Assembly: GCA_040285855.1 (NCBI GenBank)
Contig: JAUFOQ010000001.1
Span: 2,294,001-2,358,000, forward strand
Source: Eukaryota sp. GEM-RC1
Lineage: Eukaryota
Direction of reading: 5' to 3'
DNA: 64,000 bases
Position 1 is the first letter of the stretch; every line of letters starts with the position of its first letter. Of the stretch, positions 35,720 through 48,630 are shown piece after piece. The position numbers were made by a program, and so were the translations under genes. The notes beneath the pieces were generated by a model. That model worked only from the letters and a program-made list of their open reading frames with translations. It did not search any database and had not been told where the DNA came from.

Positions 35720-35950
35720 TGGAAATAACCAACATTAGTGTCTGATGATGAAGGAAAAAAGGGAGCGAATGAGCTTACGTTGCATCTCAGAGAACTTATA
35801 CGTGGTTTCGATTCCGAAGTACTCTAGGACAACCTGATTGTTAACTTCGACGAAACTCATTTCATCATCAACTCAGATAATGGAAAAACTTTGGGTTTTG
35901 TTGGAGATGACAGAATAAGATAAATTGAGGTTGTTTCTGGTGGAGAAACT
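35720..35950 (+). pseudogene. Tc1/pogo-like DDE transposase remnant
   Basis: Translates NLIVNFDETHFIINSDNGKTLGFVGD...VVSGGE, interrupted by stops. Confidence 0.55.
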
Positions 35951-37564
35951 ACACGGACTTTTATACCGCAGTTCTATTCAAATTTAATAACCAATACCAA
36001 CACACAAAATGTTTCCAAAAAAAACTACTGAAAAACCAAATTAAGCCTATTTGAAATTAAAAAGCAGGAACATACAGCAAGAATTGTACAAAACAGTGTT
36101 CTTTAAAACATTCAGTCTCATTAAAACATCACTTGGTAGGGTCAATAGTCGATAACTGATTTGTGGTCCTAGAAATCAAAATTCCTAGTTGTTCTAACTC
36201 TAGTTAACCGTTTATTGGTTGTTCTAAATTTACAAAACTTTAATGGTAATGTAAACAAAGTGATTAGTGCAATTCAAGTGAGAAATCGACACTTTTACAG
36301 TGGATATATCAGCCCTCCAAAAGGAAGTTTACCAACAGTAAAGGAGTAAACAGTGGGTGGATTCGGACGTGAATGGAACACAACCAGATTGTTTCACGAA
36401 CAGCATCAAGAAACGTCCAGTTTGAAGGAAAATCGAATTGGTATTGATGAGGAAGTATCACAACAATTAGGTAAATTGAAAAAAGACTTTGAGACTGATC
36501 AGTTAGAGGAAGATCTTGTTGAGAACTTCGACAAAAGTCACTTTGAAAAACATGAATGATGGTAAAGCACTGAGTTTTCGAGCAAACAAGTACGATACTG
36601 TGATATCATAAGGGGAGTTATAGGTATGTGGTTGCTGATACTTTCTTGATCTTTATCAACAATTAACGCAGCTACTAAATCAGATGTGATGCCGGGTGTG
36701 AAAGAATTCTGCCCGATCCAAATCGAATTCGACTTCTAATAAGAAAAGGCAGTGTCAGCGATGTATATTGTAAATGCAGACTTCTTCTACTAGGATGATA
36801 TATGTCATAATAAATTCATTTTACCGCCTTTCATGTCTTCACCTAAATGCGATACTAAGCCGTTAGTAATTACTGAACCTTGTCAAAGTGGTGCCTTGCG
36901 TCTTTCGTATCACTCTATCATAAATTAAGTACTTCTTGCAGACTTAACAAACATAGAGAACACATCAATTATGCAGACGACTTATCACATACTATGGTAC
37001 GCAACTTCGCAATCATGTAGCTCACAATGATAATTCCTCTCATAAGAACATGACATATAGCTTTCGGCAAATTGTTTTAACAGTAGGGTAAGAATTTTAT
37101 TGAAAGTTATTGGAGAAAAAGGTTGGGTAACATCGAAAAAATTGACAATTAAATAATAAAACGTACTTTCATTATCGGGTTTTTAGATCTAAACTGAAAG
37201 AATATTTCAAATTGACAAAATTCAAAACTGAAGACAGGTTGATGACCTATATTCAGTAATAAATACAGTAAAAACCTCGATTTCAGAAATCGATCAGCTA
37301 ACGCAAAAACACAACTCGAATTAGAAAGCTGATAACAGATTGGCAAACAAAAGAATGAACGAAAAGAGTAGATCACGTCATCACAGATCACGTGATACTA
37401 TTGGGACACGTGTAACAGATCATGAGAGAAAACAAGATGTTTCTCAAGTATTCCCTGCAATACTGTCCTATCATCATAATTATATCCTTTATTTGGGGGG
37501 AGATGTCAAGGTTGGGGAGCTTCTTTTAATACTTTCCCTAATAAACTTCTTAATGTTGAGTTCC

Positions 37565-37745
37565 TTGATAAAATCACGAAAGCAATGGAGACAAGCTTGT
37601 TGTAGTCTTCAACGATGATGGTGGGGTGACTGTTGAAGAGAGGTTTAGAGTAGGCAAGGAGTTCAGAAGCGAGGATCATGACTGATGTTGTTCCGTCACC
37701 TTGGGTTAGCGTTAGTTCAATCTTAGTTCTGGCAGGGAGAAACGA
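37565..37745 (-). pseudogene. CCT/TCP-1 chaperonin gene fragment
   Basis: GDGTTSVMILASELL...HPT.IVEDYNK. Homologous to 51810..51955. Confidence 0.65.
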
Positions 37746-38526
37746 CGTCGATTGTACGTAGGATTTAGTAACTAAGAGTTTAAGGACTAGACTGGGACAA
37801 GAGAGGGGAGTGAGTGGAGGATGTTACCAATAAATTTGGTTCCAGTAATAATATAAGACTGGTTTAATAACGTCAGGAGCACAGTCTGACATGAACGGAA
37901 TAGGTCAGGCATTGGTACCACAGATTAAGATCTTTAAGAATGACAGTCTGATGTGGTTCAGTTAGAATTAGTGATTGATCTGTTGTCTATGCTTTAGCAA
38001 ATGGATGTAGAGTATCAGATCAAACTAATCACGTGTAAACATGGTACACTTATAGCACAGTTAACAGAGAGGGACTTTAGTAAGGAACTGAAAGGGATAT
38101 TAAAGTAGAACGAACAGAGGAAGCGATGGGAGTTGTTATGTCCAGGTCAGTCATTATTGTCAGTTCCTCATCAAAGAACTTACAATTTTGTTTCAGTTCT
38201 GAGACACACGAGTCAGAAGGTACCCCATTATGATCCAACACGCAACCCTTAGAACCCTTCATCACTGCAAATGAGTTTCCCTTGTCATATAGAAAACGAT
38301 ACGAATAGAGATCACTAGGAAAACATTCCTGTATTGTGTTACTGTACAATAAGTTGAATATTGTGAGCTCTAATAATGAATATGATGTGCAAATGTTTTC
38401 TACAATATACTGTACTCTGATTCAGACTAACTGTTACATGTGCAGTACAAAAATAGAAGTCAATGTAAATGTAATTAATTACACTTTAACAATCAAATTT
38501 ATGAGTAATTCTTCAATTACATTGTA

Positions 38527-39389
38527 CAGTATCCTCTCTATATCTTCTCGCTGTATATCTTCTCACTCTCTATAAATTCTCGTTTTTTCAATTCCCTAAG
38601 TCATTTGGTTATCTAACTTCTCGGTTTATATCTTCTCGCTTTTTATGAGTCAAACTGTACAACAACGGAAACCAAAACCCGTAGAAATCGGTGTCAAACA
38701 GTCAGCACTACTCATTCAGTATGCTGACAAGTATCCACACTTAAAAAATACCGCTCTAGCCCTGTGGGCCAAAGAAACCTTCAATCTTCCTGCACCTCCT
38801 CATCGAACAACTATAGGAAAGATACTCAAACGACGTGCCCAAATTCTTGAACAAGCAATTACACTGGAAAGAACTTAAGACCATCGGCAAAAGGACACGA
38901 ACAGTAAAATATCCTGAACTAGATGCAGCTCTTGCTTTGTTTGTGGAAATGAACTCGTCACTGATGACAATCACTGAAGACGTCATTCTGGCTGAAGCTG
39001 AGAAGTTGTATGAAACGCTGGAGATCCCGTTAGAAGGCCATTTAAAACATGGTGACGGTTGGTTTGAATCCTTTAAGCAGAGACATGACATTAAGGTTCT
39101 CACTCCTCATGGCCAAGCTGGATCTGTTGATGAAAGGGCTGTGGAAGAATATAGACAGTCTCTTCGGGATTTGTTGCAGCAATATGAAAGCAGAAACATA
39201 TGGAATCTAGATGAAGCTGGGCTTTATTGGAGAAAAAACGCATCTACAAGAACACACACTACTCAAAATTCGATTTCTGGATTCAAGGACTCAAAACAAC
39301 GAATCACATTAGTGTTCTGTACAAATGCAGCAGGGACGGAAAAGATGCCCCTTGGTATCATAAATAATTCTCTAAAACCAACATTCTAA
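38527..39389 (+). mobile_element. 3'-truncated pogo/Tigger (CENP-B-like) transposon
   Basis: Left end TA|CAGTATCCTCTC. HTH (LALWAKETFNL...RTTIGKILK), KYPELDAAL...GWFESFKQRH, and NIWNLDEAGLYW...KQRITLVFCTNAAGTEK. One frameshift near 38868. Confidence 0.88.
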
Positions 39390-39580
39390 ATTAGTCTGTC
39401 TGGAAACTTTATTGGAAATGAAGGTGGTAGATCATTAACAGAGATATTAAAAGTCAATAAAACACACTAACATTGTATTACTGCTAGAGGCGCTAAGGTA
39501 TTGGCATATGTGTTAAAAGTGACCCTTATTTGTCTTAATCTGATGCATAAATCAATTGGAGATGATAGAGCTAGAGCATG
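39390..39580 (+). pseudogene. Degenerate LRR-family repeat fragment
   Basis: ISLSGNFIGNEGGRSLTEILKVNK ... LNLMHKSIGDDRARA. Confidence 0.65.
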
Positions 39581-40553
39581 GTTCTATTTAGACCAGGTCG
39601 TGTCTTTCAATTGTCTCCGATGCTCGAGCCTTAAACTCGAGTCTTCTTGTTCCTTCTTCTTCTCCTCCTCCTCATTTGTGTCACGTCAACTATTTCTTCC
39701 CATTCTTCTTACTGTTACTCATACACAATGACTTGAAACTCGTCTTGATCTTCACCTCTCCCAACCAAACTCATCATTAAGATCAGTACTTCGTAGTTTG
39801 TAGCTATAACATCACTTGAAGGTCATTGAAGTAAATCAAGACAAGTGGATGATCAATGGAATGTTGTGAACAATCCGATTTGATTGATGCAAGAAGAGAA
39901 CAATTTCCTCTTAACTAAACCTCATAGACCACGAGCAGGAACTCAACCCTAAGAGAGCGAAAAATAACTGACTTAATTAATGAATTATACTGCAAAACAA
40001 CACAATACATGTATTTCTTTATTGTAATCGAATTAAGTAAAGACATTTTCAAATTTTTTAGTGTTATAATTAGAAGTCAGAAGTGCTTTTAAAATATCAT
40101 TACATATCACTCTTTACTCGTCAAAAAATTGAAACTGTAGTTCAATTGTTACAACGAAACAAGGATTATTGGATTATTGGTAGGTTCTATGTTGTCAGGA
40201 GCTACTGTTGATTTCAGTATCAGTAAATTTGCGAGTAACGGTATTGAAGAATTTTGTCTAAGTCAATTTCTTCCAAATCCACTTACTGAATCTGACCTGA
40301 ATAGGATTGATCTAGAAAACACTAAAGAGGGGATCCTGTTGATACTGAAGCTAACTGTAAATCAGTAAACGGTAGTATTAAAGGTACTCAATTCCGAACA
40401 GTAGTTACCACTAAAGAACTTGGCCAAAATGGAATCACCACATCTATACATTGACAAATATACTTTTCCAGTTCGATCTGTTACACTTCTAACCAAATTT
40501 TGAACACAAATGTATAAACTCCTTAGTAGAAGAACACTTTCTACATTATTTAT

Positions 40554-40732
40554 ACTTGTTTAAACAGTGACATTGTGTTGAGCTAATCAATGACTGTGCT
40601 ACTTTCTTCTAAATGAAATGTTTATGGTACGAATCAAATCTATTTTAAGACCTCCTGGATGTGTAAAACATATTGGAGATCAAGTCTAAGGCACCAATTA
40701 GAGAAAATGTCTACCATGAACAGTTGACTGTA
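40554..40732 (+). repeat. ~180-bp dispersed direct repeat, copy 1
   Basis: Aligns with 45181..45380 (TTTAAACAGTGACATT...GAGCTAATCAATGACTGTGCTACTTTCTTCTAAATGAAATGTTTAT). Confidence 0.9.
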
Positions 40733-40738
40733 AATTAC

Positions 40739-42813
40739 TTAGACTAGAGAACGAACCTGAAACTTGGAATTGTTCCATTTAAGAGTGAACTTTACTTTAC
40801 CATTCTTGACATGAGAAATATTGACCAACCGTTCAAATTTCACATTAGTTAACTCGAAAGTCTGACCACTTACCATTTCAAAGCTCTTATCATCACAATA
40901 AAACACGTAATTCTTCTCACTGTCGGTAACATGAGCAAAAATTGGATTAAAACATACAAATTCCGTATTAACTGTTACACCTTGTAAACAAGCAATGTAG
41001 TTTTTTGAACGTATGACTTTGAAAAGAATGGACAATTTAGTACATTAAGTCCGGCATGTGAAAACTCTGTGCTCTGAGGACCCATTTTGAAGAATAAACA
41101 TTTTGACATGTCAAGACCTGTAAATTTCTTCTCAATTTCAGTTCTGGATGGTTTGTCTTGTCTAAGTTTAACTTCCAGAGGAATCCATGTTGGATCGCAT
41201 TTCTCTCCAGAATGGACATCTTGTGTCACCCATGCAGGTATATAGAGATCTGGACCAGGTACAGTTGCACCACAGAACACAATTTTGTCATTTTCCGTTA
41301 CAGTGTTTAACTTACTGACAGGTTTGCCACTCAATCGACATGAAACCAAAGGCTTTAGCGTCAAAGTATCCAAATGGTTCGGCTTCCCCGAGTCCACAGA
41401 GGCCAACGAAAGTGTTCCTTCGAAGACTTTTCCAAGATCTGTGAATATTTGACTAGCCGAAGCACCTGAGCCATACCAAACTGAACATAGTACCAAAGCT
41501 AGAGCAACGAGTAATTCAAGTAAGAATCCCTTAGATGACTCAATGAGAGGAGCATTGGTTGGTGCAATTAAAGCAATTAAAGATTTACACACTAAAGAGA
41601 CAAATTCAAGATACTTATGGTTTGTGCAAAACTTCTTTGCAATAATGTGGAGAGCCTCACACAAACAGTTTTCATTTAATGGTGGAGCCAAAAGACATTT
41701 AGAAAATTCATCAGAATTAAATGGTGCAAAAGGAGAAACACCACTGGGGGGTAGCAAAATGGCAACACCTCCTTTCAGTAAATCAGGATGATGTATAGCA
41801 TCTAAATAACCAAAAGCTTCACCTAGAGCAATAAGGCATATCGACTGTAGAAATACCGAAGTTACATCGAGCTTCAACAATGTGTCTTGGTCAAAATTCG
41901 TCTGAGTTCTGTCAAGTTTCTTCAATATAAAGCTCTTCAGTTGTATTAAAGCGCCATCGGAAGAATCAAGGTCATCTGATTCTTCTCGTTCTTTCTCATA
42001 GTATTTGAATTGACCAGCCCACAAAGGAAACCCACGAAAACGTTTTTGCAGGTCCTCATCTGCTAAGTCCTTTGCCAAATCGGAAGGATCCAAGAGAACC
42101 AAGGGAGCAAGAGAAAGTCTAGTAATACCAGACGTAGAAATAGAAGGTTTTTTACCTGTAAAAGTTGAGTGTGGTATTGTTGATAAACCAATTGAATTAG
42201 TGTCGGTAATGACACAAACGAGTGGTTTTCTAAAAAAGACTTTAAATGAAGTAATGCTAGAATCACACATTGTCTGAAAGCAGCAAACATCTGTTGAGAT
42301 GGAAAGGAAAGACCTTCATCAATGTAGACAACAAGATACTTTTTATCGTCTTCTGGTTGGAGAACGACATTGGTAGTGTCTAATTCAGATACAAACAACG
42401 TATTCTTAGTAAGAGTGGAAATTATTGTGTTTGCTATTGTTTTAATGAAGGATTTGTGGGTGATGTTAAACGAACTGAAATCTGGATACCCATTGTTTTC
42501 ATAAGGTTCGAATTCCGTCCTAGTTGCTGTTTTCAAGGGTGTATCACTATCAGCGGAGGTAACCATGAAGCATACACACCGGACCTTTGCGCTATAGTTA
42601 TCGACCAAGGACTTGGCACTGTGTGTCTTACCAACACCAGAACGTTGGATTATTGAGAGCACAACACACCACGAAGCCTTATCGGGACCACCAGTTCTTA
42701 AGAGATTATAAATGGAATCTGCTATTCCAGTGTGATTAGCGGAGAGGGGAAACCTGTTGACGTGTTCTCGAAAATTTTGGTCAGAGACTGATAGTTTGTC
42801 CGCAACTGGATTT

Positions 42814-42848
<35 letters not shown>

Positions 42849-43179
42849 AGAAGAGGAAGAAGAAGAGGAAGAACTAGAGAGTATTTGAACTAAAGTAGAG
42901 TCATCGAACGCTATCACCTGGTCATTGTCAATTGAGAGCGTAGTCTGGAGAACTTACATATATAACCATTCGTAGTATGGAGAACGGAAGAGCATCAACT
43001 TGAACCCGAGTCAATAAGCCAGACCTCTGAGCGCAGCCAATGGCTTGAGAAATAGTCATAGGTTTTTCGTTTTGGGCCCAAGCGTGTAATTGTTCATGAA
43101 AATCATGTGGAACTGTCACATAAAGATGTTTTAGTTCTGTATCTTCAGCTTTTGATCGTTTCAATGGAGGTTGTGACAT
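40739..43179 (-). CDS. Crinkler-like effector: header, poly-Ser, P-loop NTPase, PD-(D/E)xK nuclease, beta-rich (OB-like) tail; split into 4 ORFs
   Basis: Walker A IIQRSGVGKT, Walker B LVVYIDEG, then VCVITDTNS, KGFLLELLVA and VPGPDLYI...PLEVK. The breaks near 42232 (A run) and 41025 (T run) are repaired by +1 base. The break near 42950 is unresolved. Confidence 0.65.
42814..42876 (-). repeat. (TCY)n coding microsatellite (poly-Ser linker)
   Basis: GAA/GAG run on + strand, translating to ~21 Ser on - strand. Confidence 0.9.
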
Positions 43180-45180
43180 GTGATCCAGATGATAAGGCAA
43201 TTTTTTCTGTTCATTGATCTACTATTAGTAGAAGTTGCATGATATAAAATGTCTTCACTTCTGAGTCAACGATCCTCTTTGACATCTTAGATGTTTAGCA
43301 AGCATGTAAAATCATAACCTTCATCAATCTGTTCATCACCCCACTTTGCCCATTCACTGACATTGATTGGCATACATGCAGGAAGTCGATATCCCTAAGG
43401 ATTTTCTCGGTGAAGTCAAAGATTGAAAGGGTATACCAGGCCTCTAGTCTACCTGCTTTTGTTTCCCTCTACTCTCCATTCTACTACCTGTCTAATGGAG
43501 AAGTTAACTATTGTCCAATCTCTTTTCGCTTTTCTCTCTTCTTTAACCTTTTGCATTGTTGTCAAAACTGCTCAAAGTCTACAACATTCCTCCTGAGTCC
43601 CTCATTCTGTTAACTACTTCCATCAGGCTTCATTTGATTTGACTGTTACGACTTTTTAATGATGGTACAGTGTCTCTTCTTTGTTTGACTGGGGTCTTGT
43701 CTCCTGCAAAACCGAAGTTTGGATTGTCTTTCTTTTGGTTTGTTCTGTGCATTTCTATCAAAATGTCTGGGTTGTTGTTTCATTCCAGGTTTTTTTTCTT
43801 TTGTTGGCTTGTGGAAAAGACAATGTTTTCGGTATTATATATAAAATTTGATTAATATTGTGGCGATTCAAATCATTTTGCTTGTTCATTTTCTTAATTG
43901 GGTTATTCTTAGAAGCATTTGAGTTTATTCGTATCTTTACTTTCAAATGGACTCTATATTTTAATTTTTGAGTGACTACTGTAATTTTTTGCCGGTGTAA
44001 CTTTTGGTCTTTCATTCTCTCCTTCATGATACTTTATTTGACGACATAAATTTGATGTGTTTAGTATCACTTGTTTAGTTTAAATTTGGGAAAATTTAAA
44101 GTTTATTGAGTAATCTTCAAAAATTTGACATCTATTTATAATTCTCTTTGTGATATTATTACAATCAAGCTTGTTTAGAATTGATTTGTTTCTATGTCTG
44201 ATGTAAGAGTGAAAGAATCAAAAACTAAAACATATAGACTTCCATGCATTAGGTCAATATTTGGTAACAACTGAGGAAAATTTTTGTTTAATTGTTCATA
44301 TACTAAACGACAAAAGACAGAACCAAAAGCGTTCTATGTAACCCATGTTGAACAAATAGTTCCATCCACAACTATTAAACAGTTAGTCGACCGATAAAGA
44401 TGCAGAACTGTAACCGTTTAAAATCGGTTAAAGGTGTATATCATGATTCAGTTTGGGACCAATGATAATGTATGTGTAAATCTTAGGGAAGAGTTTCTGT
44501 TGAGAACCATTTTTGGTTATTTTGTTTGATGTGTGAATTCATGGTTTTGATGAGTCTTTGATTGTTAAACAGCTAACGTTATGTTTACCGATGATTGTAA
44601 TCATTTTAGCATGAAACTTGCCAAATTTAACTAGAACAACCGTCCTTTAAATGGTGAAAAGTGCATAAGTGGAACAATATTGTGCTAATTTGAATTTATT
44701 GAATTCGGTTTCACACTATAAATACTTGGTGTCTTTTTGTATTTTAGTAGTATGGTTCTCTGGGTGAGTCTGTAACAGCGTTACTTGAGAACGTTGTGAA
44801 GATTGTAAAAGAAAAAGCGTCTTGGATTTTGGAAAAATGAAATTGTGTTCGCAGTGTTTAAAAGTATGGTTACTTCTGTTTCTACTGATTTATTTCTCGG
44901 CCGATATTTTGAACATCATGTTGGTGAAAACTTTGCAAATAGCTATTTGGACTTTGAGTTTTAGACGTACGTACAGTGTAGTGTTGTTGTTGATGACAGC
45001 CTTGATAGTAAGAAAAGTCTATATTATCTGATTAACATGTAATAAAGCTGCTTCGATTAATAATCCACTTTGCATTTTGTTTCTCGTCATTGGGCGGTAT
45101 TGTTCAGGAACCAGACCAGAATCGGCTTGAATCAGTATTTGTAGGCTTAAGTTGTAGAGAGATCTTAAATTATATTCGAG

Positions 45181-45380
45181 ACTTATTTAAACAGTGACAT
45201 TATTGTGAGCTAATCAATGACTGTGCTACTTTCTTCTAAATGAAATGTTTATAGTACGAATCAAATCTATTTTAAAGAAGTCTAAGACTGATTGACTTCC
45301 TGGATGTGTAAAACATATTGGAGTTCACGTCTATAGTGGTACCAATTAGAGAAAATGTATACCATGAACAGTTGATTGTA
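45181..45380 (+). repeat. ~180-bp dispersed direct repeat, copy 2
   Basis: Matches 40554..40732 with small indels. Confidence 0.9.
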
Positions 45381-45776
45381 TAGATTCTACAGAGAAAAGA
45401 GAGACAAACATTGTACATTGAACAAGTGATCTCCAGGTGATATTGCCTAACGATGGGATCAAGCCGAAGTCCATGCACAAAATACTAAGTCTACAAAACC
45501 TGCACGAATGCACTTGGTTTAGGCTTATAGTGAGAGAAGAGATCAGAAATGTTACCAACTGTTCTAGCTTCGATGATAAAGAGTGGATCATTGTGTTGGA
45601 GTGGATGGAAAACCTCCGGGAGAGTTAGGATAAATAGAGGGAGAAAGGCAATGCCACGAAAACAATTGAGAGCAGATATCAGTAGTGTAAGATAACGTTT
45701 ATGAGGGAGAGGCACTGTTACTTCGATTTGTTCATCCACCTGACATAACAACACGAAAACCAGATGTACTTGAAAT

Positions 45777-46150
45777 CATAGCTTGAAATTATATAATTTT
45801 TCCATAATAATTTGTTATAACAATAATAATAATTTCTATAATAATAATAATAATCTTTTTTTCACCATATTTGTCGAAATTACATACCTACCTATACTAT
45901 TGTCTTGTGCCTTGCTATATATTGCAAGTTAGAACGTTTCAGAGCATTCTGATCTCAAAGAAGAAGAAAAAACCTCATTATTACAACTAGTAAACGCACA
46001 TGTAGATGAGTTTCGATTGTTTTCCGTTACAAAATTCTGTTGGATTTATCATTGCTATAATTATCAATATTATGGAATTATGCTTGTAATAATAATAATC
46101 ACAATAATAATAATAATAATTATTTTTCCAGTTCATAATTTCAAGCTATG
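45777..46150. mobile_element. MITE (P- or hAT-type) with (ATA)n subterminal arrays
   Basis: TIR CATAGCTTGAAATTAT / ATAATTTCAAGCTATG. TSD CTTGAAAT (45769-45776, 46151-46158). Confidence 0.88.
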
Positions 46151-46665
46151 CTTGAAATCACTGAATAAAGTTGATAGTATTGTCATTGTACCTGTGTCTT
46201 CGTTTTTAAACCATTGGCTAAAATCCTCGTTCAATTTTTTTGTAGCTAACATCTGCTGATGAGTTTTATACTTGCGATAGGGTAACCTTGATTGTTATTT
46301 TTCGCACTTAAGAGCAATGTTGCTGATATAGTCGTGAATCTTGGAAGTATCGTTGCTATAGATTCTTCAACAACTTTTATTTTCCTTGTTCTGCTTTATG
46401 TTTGTTATATTTTCAATTTAACTGGATTTCAGCAGCGTTGCTATTGTCGAAAGTGAGTCTAAATAATGAGGAGTTTATATAATCTATTTCCACTGATGAA
46501 TTGATTGTTCCAATATTTTAAAGTTTAAATGGTAAAAGTAACTTTCATCATTGTTGGTTGTTTTAAGATTGTAAGATTGTAACATTACTATTTCTATCTT
46601 ACCTTTGTATCTTTTTTTTCAGTTCAAGTGGATTGCTTTCATTTTCCAACTTTTATACTGAACAA

Positions 46666-47200
46666 TTATACCTTTGGCTTGGAAGAGTTGGCCTGGTGTT
46701 TATTGTCGCGGTCTAGAGAACCAGCTTCAAAGTAAGCGTTTGAGTAATATACGAGTGTACGTAGGCTATACAGACACTCGTGTGATGCATAACTTGTTGG
46801 CTGTTGGCCATTACTGAGATACTGCTGTAGCCAACTGGCTGCCATTATTTTTGATTGATTTCCATACTCGAAGGTTTCCTGAAGTATGGAGTCAGGGTGG
46901 AGTTGTTTTCTCTTTTGGTCGGTCACTTCTAGGAAATGGCTGATTGAACGTATATGTGTGTAATGAAAACGCGTGGGAATGTCCGTTTGAACTGAAAGCA
47001 ACTCCTTATATTTCCAGAAAAAATACCTCCATAATAAGAAACAATGAAGTTGATTAAACTATTTCCATTCAGATCAGTCCATCCGTCAGTGGAAAGTGCT
47101 AGTCTGAAAGTGAGGTTCTGCTCTATTTTACTTTGCACATCACAAATCAATTATTCTTGTAATTGTTAAAAGGGTGGTCCGTACATTAGTGTCGGTAGGC
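46666..47200 (-). pseudogene. hAT transposase remnant (catalytic-domain start)
   Basis: LALSTDGWTDLNGNSLINFIV motif in 46929..47150, with stops and frameshifts around it. Confidence 0.75.
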
Positions 47201-48334
47201 AGTTCGAAAGTGATTCCAGTGGTTTGAAGTAATGAAGAATTCATGGAAGAATTTCAGAGATTGAAAGCTACATTATATCTACAAATATAAATTCTGCCAG
47301 TTTTAAAATTCTTCTACTTCTGGGGTTCTTCTCTGCCCTTACTTGATCTTTCTTCATCTCAGTTACTGAAACAAACTTTATATTCAAACGATAAAAACAA
47401 TACTAAGCTTCTTTTTGACACACCGCTTTCACATATCCTTCAACAGAATCACTTACATTCATACTTCTTTCAAGTAATGGGCATTGAGGGAGTCAGATGC
47501 CAGTTTTAGTCCAGTATCCCCTTCGTGTTTTCTAATCCGTCACATTGTATAGACCTCTTGTTCTTTGGTCTCCCTCTTCCAGCCATTACTGGTGGAGGTG
47601 TGACATCGGATTCTTTGAGCTCCCTTGTACTATAAACGTAGAGCATTCCTTGGGTGTTCTTTTGTAGTTCTCTACTAGGTACAGTAGTAACTATTAACTG
47701 ATGTCACGTATATATTTGGTCTAAGACGAATAAAGCAGCAAATACAATCGTAAATAACCATTAGCTTGCCATTGATACAATCACACGTTCTAGTACGAAG
47801 GTAAAGAATAAATGCCCTATTACCAGCAAGTACTTGACGTGGATTCACATACACTTAAATATCACTGAAGCCTTACGCAAAGCCGGTGTGTACTACTTTA
47901 AACTACCACCATTTCAACAGAAGTCTGGGGAATAGAAGATTTCGACGGAATGTGTTCCTAACCGGTTGGTTTTGTGACTGGACATACAGTAGAACAAGGA
48001 TAGTGTGACTGACGTCGCGCGAGGTAAGGTTGACAGAGATAAGTTGTCAAAAGACAGACGTCTTGGTATACTCATATGGTAAGAAAAGTTTTGTGTTGAA
48101 GTTGTGAGAATGATTGTGAAAATGCATTTCAAATGAAATCCACTGGTCTATAAATATACTGAAATTTCGCCAGAGGGGTATATGTATACTTTTCCCTTTT
48201 TATACATTGAATATAAATGCAATGCACTGAACAACCTAAACTTTGGATATGATTAGTGGAATTGGTTTAAGAATAATAAAACGATACAATTCGACCATAA
48301 CATAAGATCAAAACCATTATTCATCCTAAAATGT

Positions 48335-48630
48335 ATATTTTTTTACGATTTTTCCGAAATCGTTTCAAAAATTCAATGTACTTTTTCTTAAGCGGGCATA
48401 GATGTTTTAGTCGATGTTTTTGTACTTATCATGTTTGGTTTGTTCAGAAATGTGTAGAGGGCAAATTTCAGAATAATCATTCTTTAAAGATGTCTGTTTT
48501 TAAACAACCACAGACTCCAAATCGACAACATACAATTTGTCTGAAAAGAAGGGACAACAACAGCAGCTGCTCTCTGTTTTCCAAAAAATTGACTGTGTTT
48601 CAATTATTTGGATCTAATGATCTTAGATAT
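48335..48630 (-). mobile_element. CRE-like retrotransposon 3' fragment
   Basis: The reverse complement aligns with ~59960-60280 (AGAGCAGCTGCTGTTGTCCCTTCTT...ACATCTTTAAAGAATGATTA). Confidence 0.7.

Noticed and set aside
42944..42965. 13- or 22-nt GT..AG intron that would join the effector header to the NTPase
   Set aside because: It restores frame but lacks the GTATGT and CTAAC signals of the clear H3 intron. An indel error is equally plausible, so it is left unresolved.
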